Assembly (NCBI GenBank): GCA_028534125.1
Contig: CM052824.1
Coordinates: 45,632,001 to 45,696,000 of the forward strand
Source: Lama glama
Taxonomy: Eukaryota
Direction of reading: 5' to 3'
DNA length: 64,000 nt
Position numbers and translations under genes: made by a program. Position 1 is the first letter of the stretch, and every line of letters starts with the position of its first letter. The notes beneath the pieces were generated by a model that was given only the letters and a program-made list of their open reading frames with translations, searched no databases and had not been told where the DNA came from. Below, piece by piece: positions 23,871-34,123 of the stretch.

Positions 23871-26800
23871 GGCAGAGAAACCAAATAAATGTACATACCA
23901 AAGATTCTGTGGTCACTCTTGCTCTAAGCCACCGAGCACAAAAAGCACAAGCAACAAGGCCTGGCCCCTGCCACTGGGCCTTAGACTCTCGTCTTGAGAA
24001 TAAAGGCTGAGCAAATTGTGCAGTTTTTCACACCACAAGCTGAATGGGCGACTAACGAAGAAGACCTGCCTACATGGGACAACCAGAGCCTGGCATATAG
24101 AGGACTGTGAAGGAGGAAAGAGGGAAGAAAGATATGTGCCTGGTGCTATCTGGAGGGCTTCCTGGAAGAGGTATGAATGTCTCTCATAACTCCTTACAAC
24201 TATAGTCATTGCCGGCAGCAGCAATTTCCTTTAGGGGTCAGAGGGTAGTTTAAGAGGAATAACGCTTCCTTCGTGTGCTTCTTGCAGAGGCTCAAAGCAT
24301 TGAAACTTGTAGGCTCTGCCCTCCCCTAGTGGAAAGCTAGAGCTGGCTGACAAATGCTGAGCCCCACTTGAGTCTGAAGCACGGCTTTGCAGGCACTCCT
24401 GCATTCAGAGCCAGCGTCTAATCTCCTTAATAAGTGCTTCTCTAACTGCCCACTTATGTTGACTTTGCAGGCAGAGAATCCTTGTGAAACTCAAAGACTT
24501 AACCACTTCTCCAGGCTCAGCAAGGTGTGACAAAGGGTTAAAGAACCATTTCCAGAAGGGAGGGTTTGTAAGGAAGAGTGGAAGGAGGGGAAGGCAAGGG
24601 GACATTGGCTTCCCAATCTAGAGTCACATGTCGCGAGATGGCTTGGACATTTGGGTTGAAGTGAATTTCCAGAATGTCAACCCCTCCTACACTTAAGGAT
24701 TGGTAGGAAAATACACTCAAAGCCAAACAAAGTTGATCTTTTCCTGGTTTTCCTGGCTGCTTCCCCTGTAGGTGTCCAAGGCTGAACACGGCTCCTGGGA
24801 ACTCTTTAACCTCCTGAGGTGCTCAGGCCCAGGGACACTGATGGGCCACAGATGGAGAGAGAGGTATTGAGATATGCCCAGGCCAAAAGGCACTGGCCCA
24901 GTGTCCACACTCCTGGATCTGAAGACTGGGCCCCTTCCTGTTAACCACAGGGCCTCAAACCTGACTTCTTAAGGGCCTGGAGGGGTTTTTGAGATCCCAC
25001 TGCCTCACCCCTAAATTTGAGAGATTTCCCTCCCAGAGAGGTCCTACCCAAGATTAGACCAAGGGAAGAGTGGAGCCCCAGCCCGGGCCTGGTGTGATGT
25101 GTTTTCCACAAGGAGAGGGGCCTCTCAGTCCCCTGTGAAACATTTTCCAGTCGGCCTGCTAAGCCCCCTCCCCGACGGGGGCGGGAGACCGCTCTGACCA
25201 GTGAAGAGAAGGGAAGCCCAACTGTGTGTCCTTCAAGGCCAAGGGAGAGATGGCCCAGAGTACCTGATTTCTGAATCCTGCCCTGGGCTGACTGGTGTTT
25301 TCACCCCATGGGCCCTCCTTCTCCTGGGCCGACCCTGAGCCCAGAGGCCCCAGGGTCTGGGCTGCTTGGAGGGCAGCCAGGGCTTCTCGTGACCAGCTGT
25401 CCTTCCCATACACTCCCGAGGCAGCCAGCTGAGAAGGCAGCTCACTAAGAGATTTGTTGGCAAGGTTCTGCCCCTGCTCTCGGGTTCCTGAGTCCTCCTC
25501 TCTGTTGCTCTCTCACCCCCGCCTGCACCTACCGCACAGCTGGGCTGCAGGCCAGCAAGGCACTTATTGGAACACTTCTCATTTCAGGCCAGAGGTTGCC
25601 CAGCGGCCAGGCCGGGCAGGAGAGAAGGCCCTATCCCAAATTCAGCTCTGTCTGCACCTGCAGCCGGCCTGGGTGGCTCCCCAGGGGACAAGACACCTGC
25701 CCATTCAGTAAACAGGCCCACGATGATTTATATGTAAAGAGCTGGTGGGGCACAAATAGTCAGGCAACCAGCTTGGAAGCTTCCCTGGACCTGGACCTGG
25801 GGCAGATTCCCCGGTGGCCCACTCTCCCAGATCTTGCTCTGAATCCTAGCTGTTCAGAAAGGACTCCTGCCCTGTTCCCCTTCCTGCCAGGGCAGGAGGC
25901 AGTGAGGTGTGTTAAAAGAACACAGCTCTGGGTTCAAATCCAAGCTTGGGCCAGCAACACAACTGCTGTAAGTGTCAAAGTTCTCATCTGTAAAATGGGG
26001 TACTGAGGAGCTACTGAAGGTTCTTGAGCTAGGATAAAGGTATCATAATGCCCGGTCTAAATATATCTGATAAAGATATCTGTACATGCCTGGCACAGAG
26101 TAAGTGCTGGACAAATCAGTTTATTGTTCTTATTTCTGGGGCCCTTAGCTCACCTTGAAACACTGGCCTGGCCGGGGAGATGCAGGTTCAAATCCTAGCT
26201 CCATTATGTACTAGTTGTGTGCTAAGGCAGACACTGTACCTCCCTAAGCCTCATTTCTCTCATCTGCAAAATGTGGAGGACTTACCTCATAAGGCTGTTG
26301 GGAGGGTTACATGGAGCAGATGGAAAGGAGCTGGTATGATGCTGGGTATATGTGAGCTTCCCCAGTAAACAGAAGTGTGGCCCTCCTTGTCCCTGACTGG
26401 CCCTGGGCAGCCCCTCTACGAAGTCTTCTGGGGTCACTGAGGCCTTGTGATGTTCCTGCATTAATGGCCTCTCACCACCCTGCAGGGCAGCGTGGGCACG
26501 AGACACAGCTTGCAAAAAACCTTGGCCCAACTTAAAGGACAAGAGTTACATGGGTCTCACCTGTGTCTGCTGCTGCTGAGGCCTTCTCACCCCTGACCTG
26601 AGTGTTTGTGTCCATAAGGTTCTACCTACTACCAGGACCCCTCCCTTTCCCTGCAAATCACTCTGTACATTGTCACTTGACCAGTCTTCCTAAAACCAGA
26701 TCCACTGTGTCCCTCCTCAGCTCAGGAATCTGCAGTGGTTTTGCAGTACTCATGCAATAAGTGGGGGCAGTAAAGTCTTTTGGGTCTGATTCCAAAGGAT

Positions 26801-27699
26801 CTGGCTAACCTCATCACCCATCAAGCTCTGCTTCCTGGACATGGGCTGCTACTCCAGCTTCCCAACCTTTGCACATGTGGTTTCCTCGGCCAAGAAAGCT
26901 TCTCTGTGCATGTGGGCATACACAAAGCCTACAACTTCTTCAAGGTCACCTCCCACTGGCAGCCTTCCCTAATTGCACCCAGCCAACCTCCTCCTGCTCA
27001 GAGAGCTCCCAGGGCACTTTCTTGGGCTTTCCACTTAGGTGACCTCCATTCCTGCCCTGTACTGGGGGGCTGTTTTGCCCCCTAACTAGACTGTGAGCTC
27101 CTTGAGATCCAAGGTTCCCATCTCCTCTCTCACACCCCTTCCCTGCCTTGTCTCTAGGCAGCCACAAAGGCCAGAGCGCCCAAACCCAATGGGCCACTCA
27201 CCATTCCCTGCAGCCTCAGCATATGCCCTGACTTCTGTGATTCTTCTTCAAACTCTGCTAGGATTCGCCTTCCCCATCTCTTCTCCTATGGGGTCTAGAG
27301 CCCGCCCCAGTGTCTTCTTGCCCAGGAAGCCATTGTGATCCTCACCCCACAGTCTGCATGAAGTCTCACCCTCCCCTGAGAAATCTTCCCCAGCCCCTCA
27401 GGGCCTGCCCTCTGTGCTTCTACCCTGTGCACCTCATCTTAATAGTGCTGTCAATTTACTGTCCCTGCCCTCTGTAACAGCAGGGGCTCAGTCTGCAGCA
27501 CAGTCATCTCCATGCTCAAGAGACAGCAGCCAAGTGAGGGTGGGCAGGCAGGAGGGCAGGAGACCAGGCTGGCCCGTCTCTGGAGCCTGCACTGACTCCC
27601 TGGCATCACGCTTGCTCTGTGCTGGGTCTTGGCCTTCAGGACGTCACTCTTGCTCTTGCTTCTCCTTCCCACTCTGTGGTTGTTTCTTCAAAGTCTCCT

Positions 27700-28575
27700 T
27701 AACTGGTTTCCTCATCCCCAGGCCTTGGAAGACTCTGTCCTTGTGCCTCTACTCTTCTCTGTCCTCCTTCCTTCCCTTCATGATTCAATCTGGTCTCCCA
27801 GCGCACCTACCATCCACATGCCAACGATTCCCAGATTTAAATTTCCAGCCAGAACCTTGACCTCAAAGCCCAGACTCATTATCCAACAACCCCCTACTCA
27901 TATTTCCACTTGGAGGTCCACAGGCATCTCACCTTTAACATGTCTGAAAGCAAATCCTGTTCTTTCCTCCAAACGTGTTCTCCCACAGTCTTCTCTCCTT
28001 GGTTAATGGCAACCTCCACCTCCCAGGAGCTGTGGCCCCAAGCCCTTGACTCTGCCATCTCTCACCCCCACATCTGGTCCCGAAGCAAATCCTGCTGGCT
28101 CTATCTGCACAACAGTTCCAGCCTCTGCCCACTCATCACCTCCTCCAGGTTACCACCTTCAGAAATGGAAGTCATATCATGCCACTCCTCTGCTCAAAAC
28201 CCTCCAGGGCTCCTCTCTCACTCAGAGGCTGTGATCTGGCCTTGGCTTCCTTTCCCCTTGCCCAGATGCTCTCCCTCCATTCCTGCTGCTCCATGCTCCT
28301 GGAGCCCTTCAAGCCTTAGAGCCTTGGCCTTGGCCCTTGTGCTTGCTCTGCTGTAAGAGCAACCCCATCACTCATCCCTTTCCCTCTTTATTTCCTCAGC
28401 ACCTTTATCCCTCACAACATCACACATGGATCTGCTTCTGTTTATTGTCCTCCCCTGATGGAGCATAACCTCCTGGAGGGTGAGCACTGTTCTGTATACC
28501 GCTATCCTCTATCCTCCACTGCCTCGAACACCTTCCTGCCCATCACAGGTGCTTGATAAGTGTTTGGGAGTAAAG
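27700..28575 (+). mobile_element. L2 LINE 3' fragment
   Basis: TCCAGCCAGAACCTT...TTCCACTTGGAGGTCCACAGGCATCTCACCTTTAACATGTC...CTGCTCAAAACCCTCCA...CAGGTGCTTGATAAGTGTTTG. Confidence 0.8.
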
Positions 28576-29234
28576 GGCCCCATCTTCCTGGATGGAGAGG
28601 GCTTCGAGGGAGCTGTGGCTCATTGACATTTTTCAGGGCCTGGCTCCAGTCTGGCACCCAGAAGCAATAAAGGTCAGTGTTTTAGTTGAACAGACTAAAT
28701 CTACCACACAGGCCTCTGCAGTGACCACGTCCAAGGCAGCTTAACTGTCTGCTCCAGGGGATGGTGCTAATAGACAGAGACACCCTCTCACCAGGCTGTG
28801 GCCAGACTGGCCAGGGTAGGCTGAGTGTGTCCATACCACTGCCCTGCACAGAGCTATCTGTTGGTCTCTACAGGGTGAACAGAACCCGGGCTCTCATAAC
28901 CACTTCCCCTGGGGGCTGCCAGGCCAGGAACCACCCTGCCCTGCTGGACTGTGGTTTGTATTCCCTTTCCTGACTCTGCCATATTAATGATGATGAGGTT
29001 TTTCTATGACATTATATTAGCAAAGAGAAATGGATCGGGCTGGGCAACATCAACTCCGGGAAGAATATTTAGGAGGAGAATAATCACCCAAGGTGTGGTC
29101 TATTACTGCAGTATCCTCAGAGCCATGTACTAATGGTTGCATTTAATCTGATGATATAATCCACAGAAACTTTTTTTAATCTGTTAAGAAACAACACAAA
29201 TGTCTTCTCTGTTCCCAAAGAACCAATGTGGCTG

Positions 29235-29908
29235 TGTGGCAAATTACAGTTCCCAAAGATGAGTGCCACAGGATTTCCCATCCCACAAGAGGACCTCTTT
29301 CCACAGGTCCTCTCATTGAACCAGGGTGAAAATTTCTGACTACCTGGAACAACAGAATAAAGCAGAAAGGATGATGTGCTAGTTTCCAAGTCTAGACTTA
29401 AGAAACTGTCAGTTTCTACTTTTTTTTTTTGGAAGGGGGAGGTAATTATTATTTTTAGAGGAGGTGCTGGGGATTGAACCCAGGACCTTGTGCATGCCAA
29501 GTATGCACTCTACCACTTGAGCTATGCCCTCACCTTTTGTTTTCACTTCTTGTCTCTTGGAATGCTGGCTCTTTGGGCCAGCTACCATACTGTGGGGAAG
29601 CCCAAGGTAATGGAGAGAACACATGGAGAATCCATACATATGTTTTCTGACTGACAGCCCATCTGAGGTTCCAGCCAATAGTCAGCATCAATTCCAGACA
29701 TGTAAATGATGGGTCCAGCTGTTAAGTCACCCTTAGTCTTCAGCCTTCTTAGCTGAGCGCCCATACACTGTGCTAGGAGATAGATAGGCTGTCCCCACTG
29801 TGCCCATTCTAAATTCCTAGCCCACTGGATATGTGAGCATAATAAAATAATTGTTTTAAGCCATTCGGTTTTGGAGTAATTTGTTATGCAGCACTAGCAG
29901 CTGGGATG
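29235..29908 (+). mobile_element. MaLR solo LTR (MLT1G-like) interrupted by a SINE
   Basis: Starts TGTGGCAAATTACAGTTCCCAAAGATG; ends AATAAAATAATTGTTTTAAGCCA...TTTGTTATGCAGCAC. Confidence 0.8.
29420..29534 (-). mobile_element. tRNA-Ala-derived SINE (camelid Vic-1 type), nested in a MaLR LTR
   Basis: Minus strand reads GGTGAGGGCATAGCTCAAGTGGTAGAGTGC...GGTTCAATCCCCAGCACCTCC...AATTACCTCCCCC then poly(A). Pol III A and B boxes present. Confidence 0.88.
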
Positions 29909-30064
29909 TTCTGCCACATGGATTTCTATGAAGATTAATTAAAGTGATACACCCACCACTCCAAAGTACATTGTTTAAAACCACATCATCTTGCCTGGTG
30001 AGGTCTTCTGGCTGCATGAAATCTTTTTAGGGATTAGGACCTTTCCATTTCTATCAGGCCTGGG

Positions 30065-30088
30065 TTTTGTTTGTTTGTTTGTTTGTTT
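30065..30088. repeat. (TTTG)n microsatellite
   Basis: About 5-6 units, read directly. Confidence 0.9.
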
Positions 30089-30269
30089 TCTCCAGTAGGA
30101 ATATTTTCCTTGAATCTTCCCATGATAGTTATTTCCTGGGTCACATAAAGTTGTGTTCAGAGGCTGTTTCCAGACAAAGGTTTCTTGGAGCCTCTGAAGG
30201 ACTAACAATATTTTTTAGGAACTATTCCTGGAACTGAACAAAATGCTCTTATTGGAGGTTGATAAATAA

Positions 30270-30735
30270 AAGATGATCAGATCTGACCATGTCACTGCCC
30301 TTTAAATAAGCTCTCAATGTCCCCTGTTCTTCAAGTTCAAGTCCTGGGCACAGCATGCAGCGTGCCTGTGGTCCAGGCCTTGGCAACCTCTTCAGCCTCA
30401 CTTCTCTCCTGCTCTCTTTGCCTGTGATGCTCTACCCAGAGCAGGTCATTAGCAGCTTGCCAAACACCCTGGGGTGTCTGCTGACACAAGAGCATGGTGT
30501 CTTCTCTCAAGATATTTCAGAGCCATCAAGCAGCCCTGACCACTCCCTCCTTTGCAAGCCTGCTCTGCTCTGCTGCAGGTGCCTCCATCACAGTGCTATT
30601 CACACTATCTCATATATCTTTGCCTGTGAGTCCCAGAGGGCAGCGGCTGGACCTGACTCTTCTGGGGAGCCCCAGCATCCATCTCTCGGCCAGGCACTGA
30701 GAAGGCAAGAATAAATGGCTGTTGAATGAATAAAT
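30270..30735 (+). mobile_element. L2 LINE 3' fragment
   Basis: ATCTGACCATGTCACTGCC...TGTTGAATGAATAAAT terminus. Confidence 0.6.
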
Positions 30736-31849
30736 AGCTGGTGGAAATGCCCACAGTGCTTTCTGAGGAATCTCCAAACATTTTACAAGCCCTCTTGGCC
30801 TTGGAGAAAACACACCACTCAGAGCAGCAGCCAGCTACCCAAGGAAAACACTGTCAGAGGGGCATGATGGCCCGTGGTAGACATCAGGGCCCTGGTGGAA
30901 CTAACAGCTTCCTCCACCCTTCCCAGATGCCATGCTTGGCTGGAGAGTGTTTGCCATGGCCGACTGCTGGATGAGGTTCACTGCAACGAACAGCCAGACG
31001 CAGTTCACTGAAGCAGTCTACTGTACAGCGTTCCTCATTGGAAAACAGGTACACTTAAAAATGTTAATGTTTGTTTGTTTTTAAATAAGAGCTGGGGGTG
31101 TTGTCTGACCTGGAAACTGGTATTCAAAAAATTCCCTCTGTCAGTGCTATGGAGCGAGCTCTGAACTGCTTTTATCTCAGAACATCTCTGAGAGAAGAAA
31201 GGCAGGTGCAGAAATTTGAGCCCAGGATACTCCAAAGTCACAGTAGCTCAGTGGCTCAGGGCAAAGCTGTAACCAGACACCACGTTCCAGACCATGTGAC
31301 CTTATAGGCTTCGTTTTATCTCAGCTTCGTCCCTTCCCAGCTATGTGATCTTGGGCAACTGAATTGACCTCTCTGGGCCTCAGAAAAATGGGACAATGGG
31401 GTCTCCTTTTTAGAAGGGTATGGCCAGTTCAGATGAATGTATACAAAGGGTACTCAGCAGGCACACAGTACAAGAGAATTTGATACACCCAGCACACAGG
31501 AGGTACTCAATGCACGGGGCTGTTGTCATAAGGCTCAATTCCAGCAAAGGAAGGCAAAACTAGGATGCCTTGCATCTCCACGGCCTGGCCTTTGTGCCAG
31601 GCAGGCAGGAGGTTAAGCTCTCAGGAAGGCAGGACCGAGCTGGGCAGGCACTCTGGCATTTTTAACACACTTCTTGCCTCAACAGGAAGAAGAGTAAAAT
31701 TTGGAGCCCTGGCTGCTCACCTCAAGAGAACTAAGCCCCACTGCTGCTCTGGGCAGCTCCTGAGGGCGGACCCAGAGTCCCTCCATACTCTGGCTTCTAC
31801 CTGCAAATTAGAGGATTGCTCAGCACTGTCCCTCCACCTTCATGGGAGG

Positions 31850-32255
31850 GGTAAACATCCCTTTCCCATCAACCTTGGTCTGTCTATGTAACTTGCTTTG
31901 GCCTCATGGTGGGTAGGAAATTAAACTTGGCTCTAACTTTAGGCTTGGCCACAACACTGGCCAATGAGATTAGTGGATGTGACTTGAAAAAAGGTTTGAA
32001 ATAAGCTTGCATGGTTGGGTTTTCCCTCCTGCTTGCCCACCTTTCACCATGAGAAGAACAAATCTCAAACAGCCAGTGGTGCATGGAGGATGAGAGACGG
32101 TGGGGCAGACCTGGACCAGCTGGGCACAGCCTAGATAAACCAAATCCCAGCCTATCTGCAGCCACATGAACAAGAAATAAATGCTCACTGTTGTCTGCCA
32201 CTCACTGTGGAGTGATTTGTTACATAGCATTGTTTTGGAAATAGCTGACTGATTA
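31850..32255 (+). mobile_element. MaLR LTR (MLT1I-like)
   Basis: TAACTTGCTTTGGCC...CACCATGAGAAGAACA...AATAAATGCT...TTTGTTACATAGCATTG...ATAGCTGACTGAT. Confidence 0.72.
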
Positions 32256-32543
32256 ATGCCCTTCCAGTGCTATTTCTTAATAGTCTAATCATGGTCTCCA
32301 TTCTCTAGCTAGACCATGGAGTCTATGAGGTCCATTTTTTCTTACCTTCCAGGCCTTTACTTAAGCTGTTCCCTCTACTTAGAAGGCTCTGCTCTAACCC
32401 AAAATATCTCACAAATGTCCAAACTTAATGTCTACTTTAAGTCCTGGAGAAAATGCTGCTTCCTCCATGAAGACATCCCTGATTGCCCACCTGGACTTGA
32501 GGTCTTCCTCCTCTGAACTTTTATTAAAAGAAATGCTTTTCCA

Positions 32544-33056
32544 GTTGTGGTATATATACATACAATGGAATACTGCTTAGCTATAAAAAAGAATAACATA
32601 ATGCCGTTTGCAGCAACATGGGAAGACATAGAGATCATCATTCTAAGTCAAGTAAGTCAGACAGAGAAAGACAAATAGCATATGCTATCACTTATATGTG
32701 GAATCTAAAAAAGAAAAAAGAGACACAAATGAACTTATTTACAAAATAGAGACAGATACAGAAAACAAACTTATCGCTACCAGGGGAGAAGAGAGATGGG
32801 GAGGGATAAATTGGGAGTTTGGGGTTTGTAGATACTAACTACTATATATAAAATAGATAAACAACAAGGCCCAACTGTATAGCACAGGGAACTATATTCA
32901 ATACCTTGTATTGGTCTATAATAAAAAAGAATATGAAAAGAAATATATTTTTATATTTAATATTCATATTTATACATATATAAATGAATTACTATGCTGT
33001 AGACCAGAAATTAACACATTGTAAATTGACTATACTTCAATTAAAAGAAAAAAAAA
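32544..33056 (+). mobile_element. 5'-truncated LINE-1 (ORF2 end plus 3' UTR; artiodactyl/camelid-type, relatively young)
   Basis: ACAATGGAATACT...GCAGCAACATGG...TATATGTGGAATCTAAAA...GTATAGCACAGGGAACTATATTCAATA, ATTAAA and A tail. 18-bp TSD with 3 mismatches at 32526-32543 and 33053-33070. Confidence 0.9.
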
Positions 33057-33975
33057 GAATTGTTTTTCAACTTTCATTATAGTAATCTGTATCATCTGTG
33101 TCTTTTTCTCAAGCCCCTCCCAGGCAGTAAGTGTCTTCAGGGCTGAATCTAAGCCTGGTTAATTAAAGTGGGCTTAGTCCCTGCAGAATCAAGGCACTGT
33201 CAGGATCTACTGAATGATGCTGTCCACCCACTGCCTCCTACCTAGACGAGGAAGCCTCCTGAGAGCCAGTAGCCCTCTCCAGAGGCTGTTTCTATGCAGT
33301 GTGAGGAGTGAGGGTACAAAGACCAACTGCATGATGGTCTGAGATCCTGGCCCAGAGCAGATACTCCACCAAGGTTCACTGGTGGAAAGTGGAATTCTCC
33401 TAAATGCCAACCACAGAGGTTAGCAAGAACAATTGTAGATAGTGCTGACTGAGCACTTGCTTTGTGCCGGGCGCTGTCTTATATGTTTACACGTATCTTT
33501 TTTGAACCTCATGACGACTCTATCGTCGTCCCTCGTTACAGATGAAGATGGAAACTTCAAGGCATTAAGTTACTTGCTCAAGATTTATTCCTTCACCCAA
33601 AAACATTTTTTTGAGTGCTCAGGATGTGCCTGGTTCTGCACAGTGGGGAACGGACAGTCCTGGTCCCCATCCTCAATGAGCTGAAGATCTGGTGGGAGAG
33701 AAAGACACCAACCAGGTATCGCACAGATGATGTCTAGTTACAAGGGAATGTGTGTGACAAACGGAACAAGAGCAGAAGCGTGGTCAGGAGGGGGCAGCAT
33801 TTGTGCTGAGACATGTTTGTGGAGCAGAGGGGAAGTGTGGGGTGGTGAGAAAGGGAGGGAACATAGTGGGTGGTGAGGTGGGTGGCTAGATCACATAGGG
33901 CCTTGGGGGCTCAGGGAGGCTCGTGTAAATGGCTTAGGGACCCAATCTGCCTGGCGTGTTAAAGTGACACTCTAG

Positions 33976-34123
33976 TGGGATGAGGAGTTAGTTTAAGCAC
34001 TAGAGCACATGCTTAGCATGCACAAGGTCCTGGGTTCAATCCCCAGTACCTCCTCTAAAAATAAACACATAAATAGACCTAATTACCTCCCCCCACAAAA
34101 ATAAATAAAATTAAAAAATACAT
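33976..34123 (+). mobile_element. tRNA-Ala-derived SINE (Vic-1 type)
   Basis: GCTTAGCATGCACAAGGTCCTGGGTTCAATCCCCAGTACCTCC...CCTAATTACCTCCCCCC, A-rich tail. 15-bp TSD AAAGTGA(C/T)ACTCTAG at 33961-33975 and 34124-34138. Confidence 0.9.

Noticed and set aside
24316-24335. CTCF-like word CCCTCCCCTAGTGG (similar partial words near 18361 and 46420)
   Set aside because: Mismatches at core positions; cannot be supported without matrix scoring or ChIP data.
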